Assembly (NCBI GenBank): GCA_964304625.1
Contig: OZ199838.1
Location: forward strand, 9,637,245-9,701,244
From: Kudoa neothunni
Lineage: Eukaryota; Animalia; Cnidaria
Length of the DNA stretch: 64,000 nt
Reading direction: 5' to 3'
Shown here: piece after piece, positions 12,911 through 24,166 of the stretch
Numbering within the stretch: the first letter of the stretch is position 1
How the letters are laid out: the number at the start of each line of letters is the position of its first letter
Notes under the pieces: model-generated
What the model was told of the DNA's origin: nothing
What the model saw: only the letters and a program-made list of their open reading frames with translations
Database searches by the model: none
Translations under genes and position numbers: made by a program

Positions 12911-15900
12911 CTATTGTCATGATGTTTGCTTAGTCGTTCATTATTCCAAGTATTTATCAACGAATTATAAAGATGAAACCTCCATCTAATCCAACGAGCG
13001 CTAAAAATTACACTGCATATTTTGCGAATTTTTGATCGGTTGGATCCAGAAATATTTATTTTGTAACCCAATAAAATGTTACGAGGCTCATATCTGACAT
13101 CACAAAAATTTTGTAGAACGAATCAAGAGAAAAGTAGTAATCAATGTTTTACGATTTGATACGAAGAGGGCGAAAATGTACAATAGGTTGTCAGGTTTCG
13201 AACTTATTGTGAGGCTCGCTCATAATGTCACAAAAAGATTCTACTACATTAAATTACACTAGTTATAAGTACAAAAAGTGTTGATTTGGAACGAACAGAG
13301 TTTTTTAAATATTTTTCATACGTATCTGTTTTCGTACTTTTCACTCAGAGTTCGGCCGCGGATAGATCAGTTTGCCTTGACTTAAGAAATGTTTTCGGGA
13401 GAAAACCAAACAATTACGTTTTATTCGAAGAAACTATAATTATATAATGGTTTGAATTATTATTACGCAAAGGGTTAAGATTTGTACGGTTAAACGGTTT
13501 AATAATTTTAACCTTTTCTGTTGTGTATGGCACATCCTTAAAATGTGAAATTTCGAAGTTATTAGAGATTGCCTCGGTGTTAAAAATAAGAGAATCTTAA
13601 ATCTAAATTAAAAATAATCATAAAAAAGGAGAACTGGTTACATGCTACCAAAAGATCAAAAGATTATAAAGAAGTCGTTGATAAATGAGACGACTTGGGC
13701 TATTAAGATAGATTAAACATCAATTAAGAATATGGATATTGTTCCTAACGTTACAGAATAATAATTAATAATGGAAAGTAGCTATTGCAACGGGTCATAA
13801 TATCCAGGTGAGTATAGTTTCGATCGTAGCTAATTATTTTTGCCCTATAATAGCCTTAAATATAGGAAAAAAATATTTAAATGAAGCAGATTCGAATAAA
13901 TGATCACTTTAAGTCAACAATAAATAGAAGTCAAAAGTCTTTAACTGGCGGGCCATATTTTCGATTTTAATAAGCTAAGAAGGCCGGTTAAAAAAATGAA
14001 ACAAAAATAATGAATTTGTGTGTGAATGTGAAAAGAAATTATTCTCAATGGCCGGATTTGGTATAGTTCGGTTTTGAGGACCCCAATGGGATTACGAACC
14101 ATCCATAACTACTGTATAATTCAAAAAAATCGCGAAATTGGTTATATTTATGGTTGTGAGTAAGAATTACACTTTTTTCAAGAATAAAATTCATAGTCTA
14201 ATTATTTGATCGTAGAAAAAAGTTGCGTAGATGTAAATAGGGTGTTAATTTGTCGAGTTTTAAATTTTTTATTTCTTCGTTAACCACTATTTCGAGATAA
14301 AAGCATAATTTTGTAAAATACTGTATATGATACTAGAGAATATCTAGGGAACGGTGATTATTGCTCCCATCAGTTTAAATTTCTAGTATCAAATCAATGA
14401 AACTCAACCAGATTAAAAATTAGAGATAATAAATTTAATTTATATGCTTAAATAATTAAGAATTTTTAATTATTAGAAGCATAGGAAACAAATAAATTTT
14501 GATACATGTATCTTATCGGTTCGTAAGTTTTACATTTAGAATCTTGCTATATTAATGTGTCGATTTCTCTTTTATTTCATATAAGATAAAATATAAACAT
14601 TAAAGGAATTAAATGAGTATTTTGAATTAACACCCATCTACTAAAGTAATGTATTCACAGTCTAAAAGTGAATCAACCAGGGATGGCAAATTCGTGAGTT
14701 TCGTTCGTGTTTGTTCACACGAATCAAAATTTTCACACGGCAAAAACGAACGAAATTGAAACTTGATTTTTTAAATGATTATAAGCCAATAACTGGATAA
14801 AATTTGAGGCCTAATAACGCCTTTATGGGATCATTTTTATTTGTTTTTGCGTTTGTTCGAAAAAATTTAGAGAAGACTGCTATCAAATATCCAGCTAATT
14901 TGATCGAATTCTTAAGTTTCACATAATAGCAAGCCGGACATATAGAACGCACGTGTAGTGTCCCTATTAATGTGTTGAGCATTAATAATTCTCAATTTAT
15001 TCCAATCCCTCAGTTTATACACGATTTATTATCACTAATTATGTTCTTAGATGTGTAATAATGTTATGATTACACAATTAAACATTAGGTGATTATAAAG
15101 CCCACATCTGAAAAATACGTTGTTGCGCATTTTATTTATCACCATTTTTTGCCTATTCTACTTATTAAAATAAATGAAGATGAGTTCCTAAAAACCAACT
15201 TTAAAAGATAATTTTTAAATTTTATCGAAATCCCACTTAAAGCAAAATCGTTCTCGAGTATTCTTCCTTTTGTTGGCAAAAACTTGCCAATTCCATTTTT
15301 CTTGACATATTTTGACTTATTCTATATTTCAATTATTAAACTAATTTTTTCATGAAGAAATAAACAAATTCACTATTGCCATGTTTTGTTTACTGTGTGC
15401 TATTCAAAAATGGAGTTATTAATTTGTTGGGGGTGATGATTGTTAGTATCGCGCGAGAATAGCAACTCAATAGTTTAGCTGAATGGAAATAACAGAGAAC
15501 GTATTATTAATATAGGAGTTTTACTACTATCGTACTAATTATAATAACGATGATTAATTAATGTTGGTAGACGTCAACACGCCCAGCTGTTTGGGTGTGA
15601 TCATACGGACTTTATCGTAATGGTGTCCTTTGGGATCATAACAATGATAATTTTCTTTGTTAATCATTATAACAAATATTTTCATATATTTCTTCCTAGA
15701 GTTTATCTCTGGAAGACTAAATCGATATAAAAATTTCGGAAATTTCAATTGTTTGTTCCTGAATCAGAGAGTAATTGTCATCAGGCAAATGACTTAACAA
15801 TCTGTAATGATTAAAACTACTTGGAGGGTTTTCATATGTTTATATGAAAGATAAAAGTTTACCTCAAGTTAATGCTTTCCAAAACAATGTATCCTTTTTT

Positions 15901-16179
15901 CAATTAGACTATTATAAATTGACATTTGAAAATTATTATCTTTTATCCCTTTTCGTATCCTCAAAAATCGATGTCAAAACAAATGGAATAAAAGCTGTTC
16001 CAATAACCATGGATTACTTATTTGACCCCCCCCCCCTAATGGATTAAAGATAGAAATCTATCCCAATGAGACATTATTTACTGTATAATTCATTCCATAT
16101 AATTTCAAGTTTTCTGAGATTACTTGTATTCCTTCAAAATAATTTTATCTACATATAAAAATAAAATAACAATTTTTAT

Positions 16180-17729
16180 CAGGGTTGCCCCGATACCAAT
16201 TAAACTTCTTTGTTTAAAACCAATATATAATGATGAATAATGTGTCAAATTACATTAAATGTATCAAGATATCTTTAATCGGCTCTTTGAAGTTATTCTT
16301 ACATTTTTATAAATCTTTACGCATTCCACTATTGGATGATACAAAAAACACACTAGATTTGCAATATTCGTTAGGCCTGTCAATAAAATATGGGGTAATG
16401 TTAAAGTATGCAGCAACTAAAACCGTCCTCTTTCGCATTTTTTTTCTCATTTCTTTTTTTACGATTATCGATAATAAAATAAACGAATACGGGAAATAAA
16501 AATTCAGCTCAAAATAATAACTTTAAAGTTTTAAGAAGGTTGCATTCGAACGCGGTTGGATACACGTTTAATCTCCATCTTTTATCAACAAACATTGAAT
16601 TAATCTCTAATTTGTTTTGATAATTATTCATAAATTGGGTCTATTTCATATTTTTTACCATACAAACACAAATTTTACGAAATCAAATTTAATGGTACGG
16701 GTTTTTATCGGGTTTAAGCATGAATAGTTTAAAAGCGAGAAGAAAACCATGTGTTCTCAAAATATATTTTCTTAATTTTCTTAGAGCACATGAGTTTTTT
16801 AATAATTAATCAACATTATGTTTTAGATAAACATTTAATTTCAGTAGGTAAATATCTTATGGTCGATTATATGAAGTTATTAATTTATTAGAAAGATTCT
16901 TACGTGTGTTTAGTATAACATTCGATAAACGTAAAAATGTTTTTATTGTATCTTCTTCAGCATTTGGATTTCTATAAATTTGTTATTTTGTTCAACTATA
17001 TGTGTCCCCATATAAATAATAAATAAAATAAACATATTATATTTACATCATGAAATATTTACAATTAATAAATTTGGGCGAAATTTTTTTAGGAAAATTA
17101 AACGTATAAAAAAGCTTATAAACAATATAAAATATATTTTAAAAATTTTTTTTAACGTTTTACACATATTTCAACGTAAAAAATTAATATAATTATTTTT
17201 GAAAATTAGGTTCCTAAATTTTAAGAATAAAAACTGAATAATTTCTTAATTTCTAACAAAAATTTAATCACAAAAAATCATAAACTAAAACAAACCTTAC
17301 TATATTAATATGTACATTTAAAAGTTCAAAAGTTATTTTTATTATAGTAAAAAAAGAGATGTTTTTGTGAAATTTGCAAAAAATTTATTCTTTAAGTTAG
17401 TTTATATAAATTAGTTATATATCAATAGCGACAAATCTAAATAGTAATAATAAATAAATTATGATTTAATAACTCAGAATAAAAAAAAATAATTCAATGT
17501 TTGTTGATAAAAGATGGAGATTAAACGTGTATCCAACCGCGTTCGAATGCAACCTTCTTAAAACTTTAAAGTTATTATTTTGAGCTGAATTTTTATTTCC
17601 CGTATTCGTTTATTTTATTATCGATAATCGTAAAAAAAGAAATGAGAAAAAAATGCGAAAGAGGATGGTTTTAGTTGCTGCATACTTTAACATTCTCTAT
17701 GCGTAGAACATGGTATCGATACAACCCTA
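16180..17729. mobile_element. Non-autonomous hAT-like element nested in the 14678-19888 hAT
   Basis: Termini CAGGGTTGCCCCGATACCA and TGGTATCGATACAACCCTA; TSD-like flanks ATTTTTAT/ATATATAT. A homologous copy lies at 55967-58107. Confidence 0.75.
16397..17694. repeat. Near-perfect inverted repeat: 16397-16602 versus 17490-17694
   Basis: Arms of about 205 bp differ by one substitution and one homopolymer indel. Confidence 0.95.
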
Positions 17730-18323
17730 ATATATATTAGAACTTCCTTTTTCTTAATTTTTTTGTAGGGATTTGAAATCTTGTTAACACTGAGAAAATA
17801 CATTTTAACCTACTAAAAATGTACAAAATGGCTAATATTTATTTAAAGCCAATGATAAAAGGGTTTAAAACTCTCACGATTACCGAATAAATTATAACAA
17901 TAATAGGTTTATGGTGGATCACTTAACAAGAATAGTATATTAGCCAAGATCTGATATTAAAATTCAACATATTCCATGTAATTAGATTAATATCTCTCTT
18001 TTATGTAAAATAAGTGGCTGACGGCTGGTAAATCAAAAAAGGGAATAGTTTATATTGAACTTATTCAAAACAATTCGGCTTGTGCCAAATAATGACAGTT
18101 CAAACTTTTTTAGATGCATAAACATATTTTAGTCAGAATAATTCTATTTAAAAATTCTCAATCGCCCTCAATTTTATAAATATTTTAGAAAATCATATTT
18201 CGGTTATTTCGATTATATTGCTCAACGTATTAATAAAAGAGTGATACCCGTCTGATTTAATTCAGAATTAGATCAGCCCATCGTAGATCAAAAATTTAAG
18301 TTAATATTGCACGCCACATGCGA

Positions 18324-19700
18324 TTAAAATGACAAAAAGTGTAAATATTTTTGGAAATTCCTAAAATAATTAATTATCAGATAACTCGAAAACAAAAATA
18401 TATATATTATGTTATTAGTAAAAACAGTTAATGTTGATAACGTTAATGCATTCAGGCGGTAACGGTCTTTTTTTAAGATTTTTCTACTGTATGAAAAAAC
18501 CCTCTGAGAGCAAAAACTGCTAGCAGGTCTCGAAAAGGCTTCTACTGCCAACTTTTGGAGACGTATATATTTGAAACTTCCCCAATAGTCCAAGGGTTTT
18601 TTTATAAATGACCAGCACATTTTCTTTCATATATTGTTTCAACTCGCCAACATCCTCAGCGTTGGAATCAATATCAACTTCGTAATCCCCCAAAATACCA
18701 ATATTAGGTTTTGTATGATATTCCTTCGCAGGTTCGTTTGGCTCAAAATCTTGAGGACTAGATAATCTCTCCCTAATAAATTCCTTAATCGCTGACACCA
18801 CCGAATCTCTTTCTGTTTTAGCTACAATGTTCATTTTTTTGAAGTTTGGGGATAGTGAAGTGGCAATTTTGTTATCGTTATAGATCACATTCGAAAACTT
18901 CGAGAGTGCGAGTAACGAAATTTCAGTTTTTAGATAATATAACAAGTCAATATCGTTATTTGAACTATCATCAATCATTTTAAATAATCCGTGATATATT
19001 CTAAAAACCTATACCATAATATAGAATTAGACCTGCTTTAGAGTAATTCTTTATAAAATAATATGCGGATTACATGATGTACACTTGGTGTTTTGACCCA
19101 TTCTAGGTCATTAAAATAGTTGGTAAATTGACTTAAGAATTTTGTTGACCTATCTAAGACCAAATCCCTCAAATCATCGTAGTTGGATAATACTGACGAA
19201 TTGCGATCCATGAAACCGCGCCAAGGTCTTGCCGTAGAACCCCACGGAATTTTTGTTTTTAACTTATCTTGAATGTTTTAAGATTTATGCAGACAATTGA
19301 CCAGATTGTCTACATTAATTTTAAGAACGCTCAAATCTTCCAATGAATCGAATGTTGCATTGCTAAAATCTTAAAATTCGAGACAATTAAGGACGAAGAA
19401 TTAAACAACGTGAGATAATGAAAAAAATTATAATATTACCCCCAGATATAACTGTATTCAACTTATGAGCGGCGCACCTAAAATGCCTATAATTATTTAG
19501 GTCTGCAATCATATTAGAAGCCAAGTCGCTAATAACTCGAATATTGCTTGTTTTTTGATGGATCTCCGATGGAACATTTTCGACGCATTCAAAAATGTTT
19601 AGCGCAGTATGTTTTACTGGAAACTCAACCATTTTATGTTGATGATATTTTAGTTTAAAGCCTTTAACATATACATAAGAAAAGTCCATGTAACTGTTCG
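18324..19700 (-). pseudogene. hAT transposase pseudogene
   Basis: Fragments VISDLASNM...FRCAAHKLNTVI (catalytic region with CxxH) and PLDYW...LQKLAVEAFSRPASSFCSQRVFS...DRYRL (hAT dimerisation domain); frameshifted. Confidence 0.9.
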
Positions 19701-20719
19701 TTTTGGAATTATCGAACCAAATATCGACAGATGCAGTAATACGTTCTGTTCAACAGGAATTGATTTCAAGAATTCTCTTGAATACGATTTCATTCTATTG
19801 TATTCATTAAAAATTTTGTTGTTCATTTCAATTATGTTCATCATAACGGAAAGCACGCGAAGGAACAAGAACGAACTTGCCATCCCTGAAGTCAACACAA
19901 TTTCACATGCGCATGCGCATGTGATGTTGGGACACACACACACCTTGGGCCTTACTTTGGTTACCCTTGATTTATGGTTAAAATAGAAAGTGGCTATTGA
20001 CACGGATCATAATATCCAGGTTGGTATAGTTTTTCCTGTATTATAAAAAATCAATTGTATAGATCAACTATAAATGGGAGTTATCATTTTGGATTAAAAA
20101 CTTACGTGTTAATAGCCAGTGCCTAAAAAATATCTGTTGCAATAGTCAAATCGATTTATTTAAGTGATCAAAAATATTACAAAATTTTAATATCATACAC
20201 ACTGATTAAAATCATATAAACAGTTATTTTCTAATGGCTCTAAAAATATATAAATTGATACCAATAATACATTTCCGACCAAATATCAATTTAATAATTA
20301 ATCTAGAGATAAATAACACAATGAAACAAAAAATTTAGTCTGATCACTAAAGTATTGACAAAAACTATTTGTTACTTAAAATTTTGTAGAAATGGAGTCA
20401 TTTAGACGCCAATAACTACAATGTGTATAATCGATTTTAACGTACTCCAAAGATCAAGGATGAAAAGAAATTCATGCAATTTCTAAAGGTTTTCGAATAG
20501 TATTGATCGGAATAAATCGAAATTAATTTCTCCTCTAAATAAAACATTAATCAACTTAAAGTTTCTAGACTCATCGATTATCAAACAATAAGAGTAGTTT
20601 AAAATGCACGTATTTTTTGAAGGCTTCAACTTATCCAAATTCTTAAGTTAGTATATGCAGCATAAAAATAAAGATGTTGTTACAAAAAGATCAGGGTAAT
20701 AATTTAGGCTGTACAATGA

Positions 20720-21265
20720 CTAAATAATTTTCAGTCCAGTATTTCCATTGGAATCAGTAAAGCAGATCACAATGTTTGAGTTTTGTAGAATTGTTACGGC
20801 TTTCTTAAGGAGTACAATATCACAGTGATAAAATAATTCATTGACATAAGCGGTATCGTTAATCAGCTCGTACATTGTTACTATTGTACCAGTGGTAAAA
20901 TATTTTTGGATGTATTTTGCCAAACTGGAAGCGATTTCGGCCGGTTTCGTTGGCATTACCAGGAACAGCTGGTGTGCTTCATCCAACCATTCCAAATAGC
21001 CATTCTTATGCAGCTCATTTAGCACAAGTGCAATGCCTTCTCTTGGCAACTTTCTATCGATTTTTTTGTTGTGAAAAAGGTTGGGCAGAGTTAACAGTTC
21101 ATCAATTGTTGAAGATTTTATTTTTGTAGTTTTCGCATAATCAAGCACCAATTCACACCAATGTTTGAGTTGTTTGTCGAGTGTTTCTTTGTTTGGTTGA
21201 ATAGTGAAAAATGGTGGGAAATCGTACAATTTTGACCACTTTTTGATTTCAGTGTTATCAGCCAT
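20720..21265 (-). CDS. VPS25: ESCRT-II subunit VPS25, intronless
   Basis: 181-aa ORF with YDFPPFFTIQPNKET..KQLKHWCELVLDY, LFHNKKIDRKL and a C-terminal GLKII. Confidence 0.95.
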   Translation of the reverse strand: MADNTEIKKWSKLYDFPPFFTIQPNKETLDKQLKHWCELVLDYAKTTKIKSSTIDELLTLPNLFHNKKIDRKLPREGIALVLNELHKNGYLEWLDEAHQLFLVMPTKPAEIASSLAKYIQKYFTTGTIVTMYELINDTAYVNELFYHCDIVLLKKAVTILQNSNIVICFTDSNGNTGLKII

Positions 21266-21365
21266 ATATTAATGACATGCAATATCTAATCAACAGTAAA
21301 ATACTTAAGCAGTAGTTATCACTTAAATTATTGATCAGTGATGTGATTGCTTGCGCACATAAACC
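21266..21365. promoter_or_regulatory. 100-bp bidirectional promoter between VPS25 and GOSR1
   Basis: Divergent ATGs at 21265 and 21366. Contains TGCTTGCGCAC 7 nt before the GOSR1 ATG. Confidence 0.65.
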
Positions 21366-22500
21366 ATGATAACATCCGAGGTTGTGTTGACCCCTGAAAA
21401 TGATGCAAATTCGCTTAAAAGTTTCATTTTTCTAACACCTATTTGGGTGATATTATTTTTAGATATCGAAAAAATGTCTAAAGATGTAGAAAAAAACATT
21501 GAAACTTATGTTATAAATTTAGATTCTTTTCTGAAACGTTTAAAAAATTTTCCAATTCACAAGTTTATATCTTTTTACTAAAAAGTAATTAAGTATTCCT
21601 AATAGCGGCAATACTTCAAAAGAATTATTCAATACCTATCAAGAGGAGTTGAAAAATTCCAGAATATCATTAGAACAAATCGAACAATTACTTGCCAAGG
21701 TAATAAAAAAAGAATTAAGTTTTCTATAATTACAGTATATAAATATAGTTGTCACAACTGATTGACAAAATGGCATTACTTGTTCATTCCGAGTCCAATG
21801 GTCAACCATTGATTGGAGCTGATTCATATGTGAATAATTTCATGTTGAATAAACATCGTGAGATTTATAATGATTATTTGCAAAAAATAGCAAACTTTAA
21901 AGTTAAATTCTTTGTCATAAGCCTAAGTAATTTAAACTCTATATAGAGAACAATAAATGTTTTCTCTACAAGATTTGAATTGCTGTATAGCAGCCAATCA
22001 AATGATAGAAAGTGAGCTTAATTAGGATTACGCTTATCAATTCTTTTTTAATTTCAGAGACGATTTGGATCCTGCCAGTTTTTATTTGAAAGAAAGGGAT
22101 CATCTGATAAAGTATATTATTAAAATAATGGTTTTTGAATATATTCTATTTGATTGTATCATAGTTCTGAAAGAACCGCAGATGCCTCAATCAAGTAAAT
22201 ATATAGCTGGGTAATGTATGATTTATTCAAGTCAGTCTTGCTATGTCTACTGGATATTCGCTCATAAGACAACGTTCTACTTTCAATAACATTTCCCATC
22301 GACTTTCTGCCCTTTCTAGTAGATTTCCAAATGCATTTTCACGTTGGATTATGTTTATTCAATCTGTAGAAAGAATCCCCCTTGTTAGTAATCTGATGCA
22401 CAAAATTGATCGGTTAAAGAGAAGAGAAACTATCATAGTTGCCGCTGTTGCTGCGTTGTGTATTGTCATTTTGATTTGGTATCACCGATCTAAAATTTGA
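21366..22500 (+). CDS. GOSR1: Golgi SNARE GS28/Gos1, multi-exon
   Basis: C-terminal SNARE plus transmembrane segment RQRSTFNNISHRLSALS..IPLVSNLMHKIDRLKRRETIIVAAVAALCIVILIWY resembles GOSR1. Internal LNKHREIYNDY matches the LQRHRDILQDY motif. Confidence 0.88.
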
Positions 22501-24166
22501 ATTTCAATTTTTATCCAGTTATTGTTGGTTTAAGTTTTAATTTTCTATTTGATTTAATTTCATAGTAATTATTTTTACTCATTATTTTATGCACATGTTA
22601 ATTACATCAACATACATAACAACAAAGAAGAGCTTATTTGAACACTTGATAACTAATTTATAATTATTAAATTCTATTATTATTTATCCTAAAATTATGG
22701 AGTTAACTTAAGTAGGATACATTAATCTAATTTTATTATAATATTTTATTTTGATTGGATATTTGGTGTGACTATTGTATTCTGGTCATTGTAATCAATG
22801 TTTCTAGCCTGAGATATCTGGATAATATGGGGATCGCTAATTTCGTATTTTGGAGGTTCGAACATAACGCAAAAAAAATTCCTACAATATTACCTATGCG
22901 ACACTGTTATTGTGAAGCGTGTGGCGTCCCCATTTTTAGCGTTTTTTACGACTTTTTTCGTCGAAAGCGGCTCTACAAAATCTTATATGCTCTTCTTATC
23001 TGGAGCGTATCAAAATTTATTCCAAAATTATAAAAATAAATTTTTCTTCGAATCGCATATACGATGGTGAAGTCAACAACATAATCCTTATGTTAAACAT
23101 TGGTTTCTATATTCCACTATGAAGGAATATGAATGTTATTACAATTTGCGCACTTAAATGGTTTTTTTATTTTTACATAATGTTATAATGAAAAAAAATA
23201 ACAATAAGTCATTATAAACGGTTGTTGTTCGGGCATGTAGAGTATTGGAACTTTCTCCATACTCATAGCATTGATTCAATTTTATTTTATCCCAATTAAA
23301 GATATATAATTATTTTTAGTATTATGAATTTTTAGTGTTAAAATGCTACACTATTAGACGCAATTATTGAGTGTTATTTGATAAATTGTCTCCTGAGATG
23401 CGCTTAAAGTGTTATTATTAATAGGAAAATTTGTAATTAACTAAAATAACAGTTATTAAAAAAGTTAATAATTGAGAATAATCTTTAAAAATGAAATTTA
23501 TTTGTCGGATTCTTATAAATGAAAAATTGACTATGTTATACATATAAGTTTATATTAATTTTGTTTTTGATCAATTTTTAACATCGATTTTTTTCCGTCA
23601 AATGTAATATATTTCTATTTTCTTCTTCCAATTCTTGATTTTTAATTGAACAGAGAAAAATAAATATTAAGTTAAAGGTTTAATTAAAATAACTAAAGCC
23701 TACAAGAATATTCGAACGTTTCTTTGGCTCTAATTTAAGTTCAACTTCGAAATTAAACACGTATTTTATTTTTTTTACGTTTTAAAACAAATATTTTGGT
23801 GAATATAGTATTAATTTAATGATTATATTCTAATGATGACGAATATTAATATTTGTTTGTAGCAAACAAAACTCAGACTAAATGCTCTTAATTTGTTGTT
23901 ATTTGAAGGTTTTTTATAAAATAATATTTCAAAATTCATTCTTAAAATAGAAATCAATATATGTTCTATATCAATACAAAATATCATCAATTTTTCCACC
24001 AAGGCATGCTGGTGGTTTTTCTCCTCTTTATTTGCGGTGAAGCAATGTCAGAAAAATTTTTTAATGAAAAAGTGATAAAAAACAAGACATGGGGATATTG
24101 TATAACAAGTGATCTTTGAAAGTTGAATAATACCACAAATACTTACTTTCCTTTTTTTTTGTTTAA

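Larger units (their letters stand above)
14678..19888 (-). mobile_element. hAT transposon, about 5.2 kb
   Basis: TIRs CAGGGATGGCAAATTCGT and ACGAACTTGCCATCCCTG (17/18 match). Degenerate 8-bp TSD GAATCAAC/AAGTCAAC. Contains a decayed transposase. Confidence 0.88.
14284..19969. repeat. hAT-type MITE copy (14284-14677 plus 19889-19969) split by a later hAT insertion
   Basis: 14280-14655 aligns by eye with 32140-32507. 19947-19969 GGGCCTTACTTTGGTTACCCTTG matches the TIR GGGCCGCACTTTGGTGACCCCTG ending at 32590. Confidence 0.7.

Noticed and set aside
16230-16499. ORFs 16230-16499 and 56204-56398 as a duplicated small protein gene
   Set aside because: Both lie in copies of the same non-autonomous repeat, and the frames are not conserved end to end.
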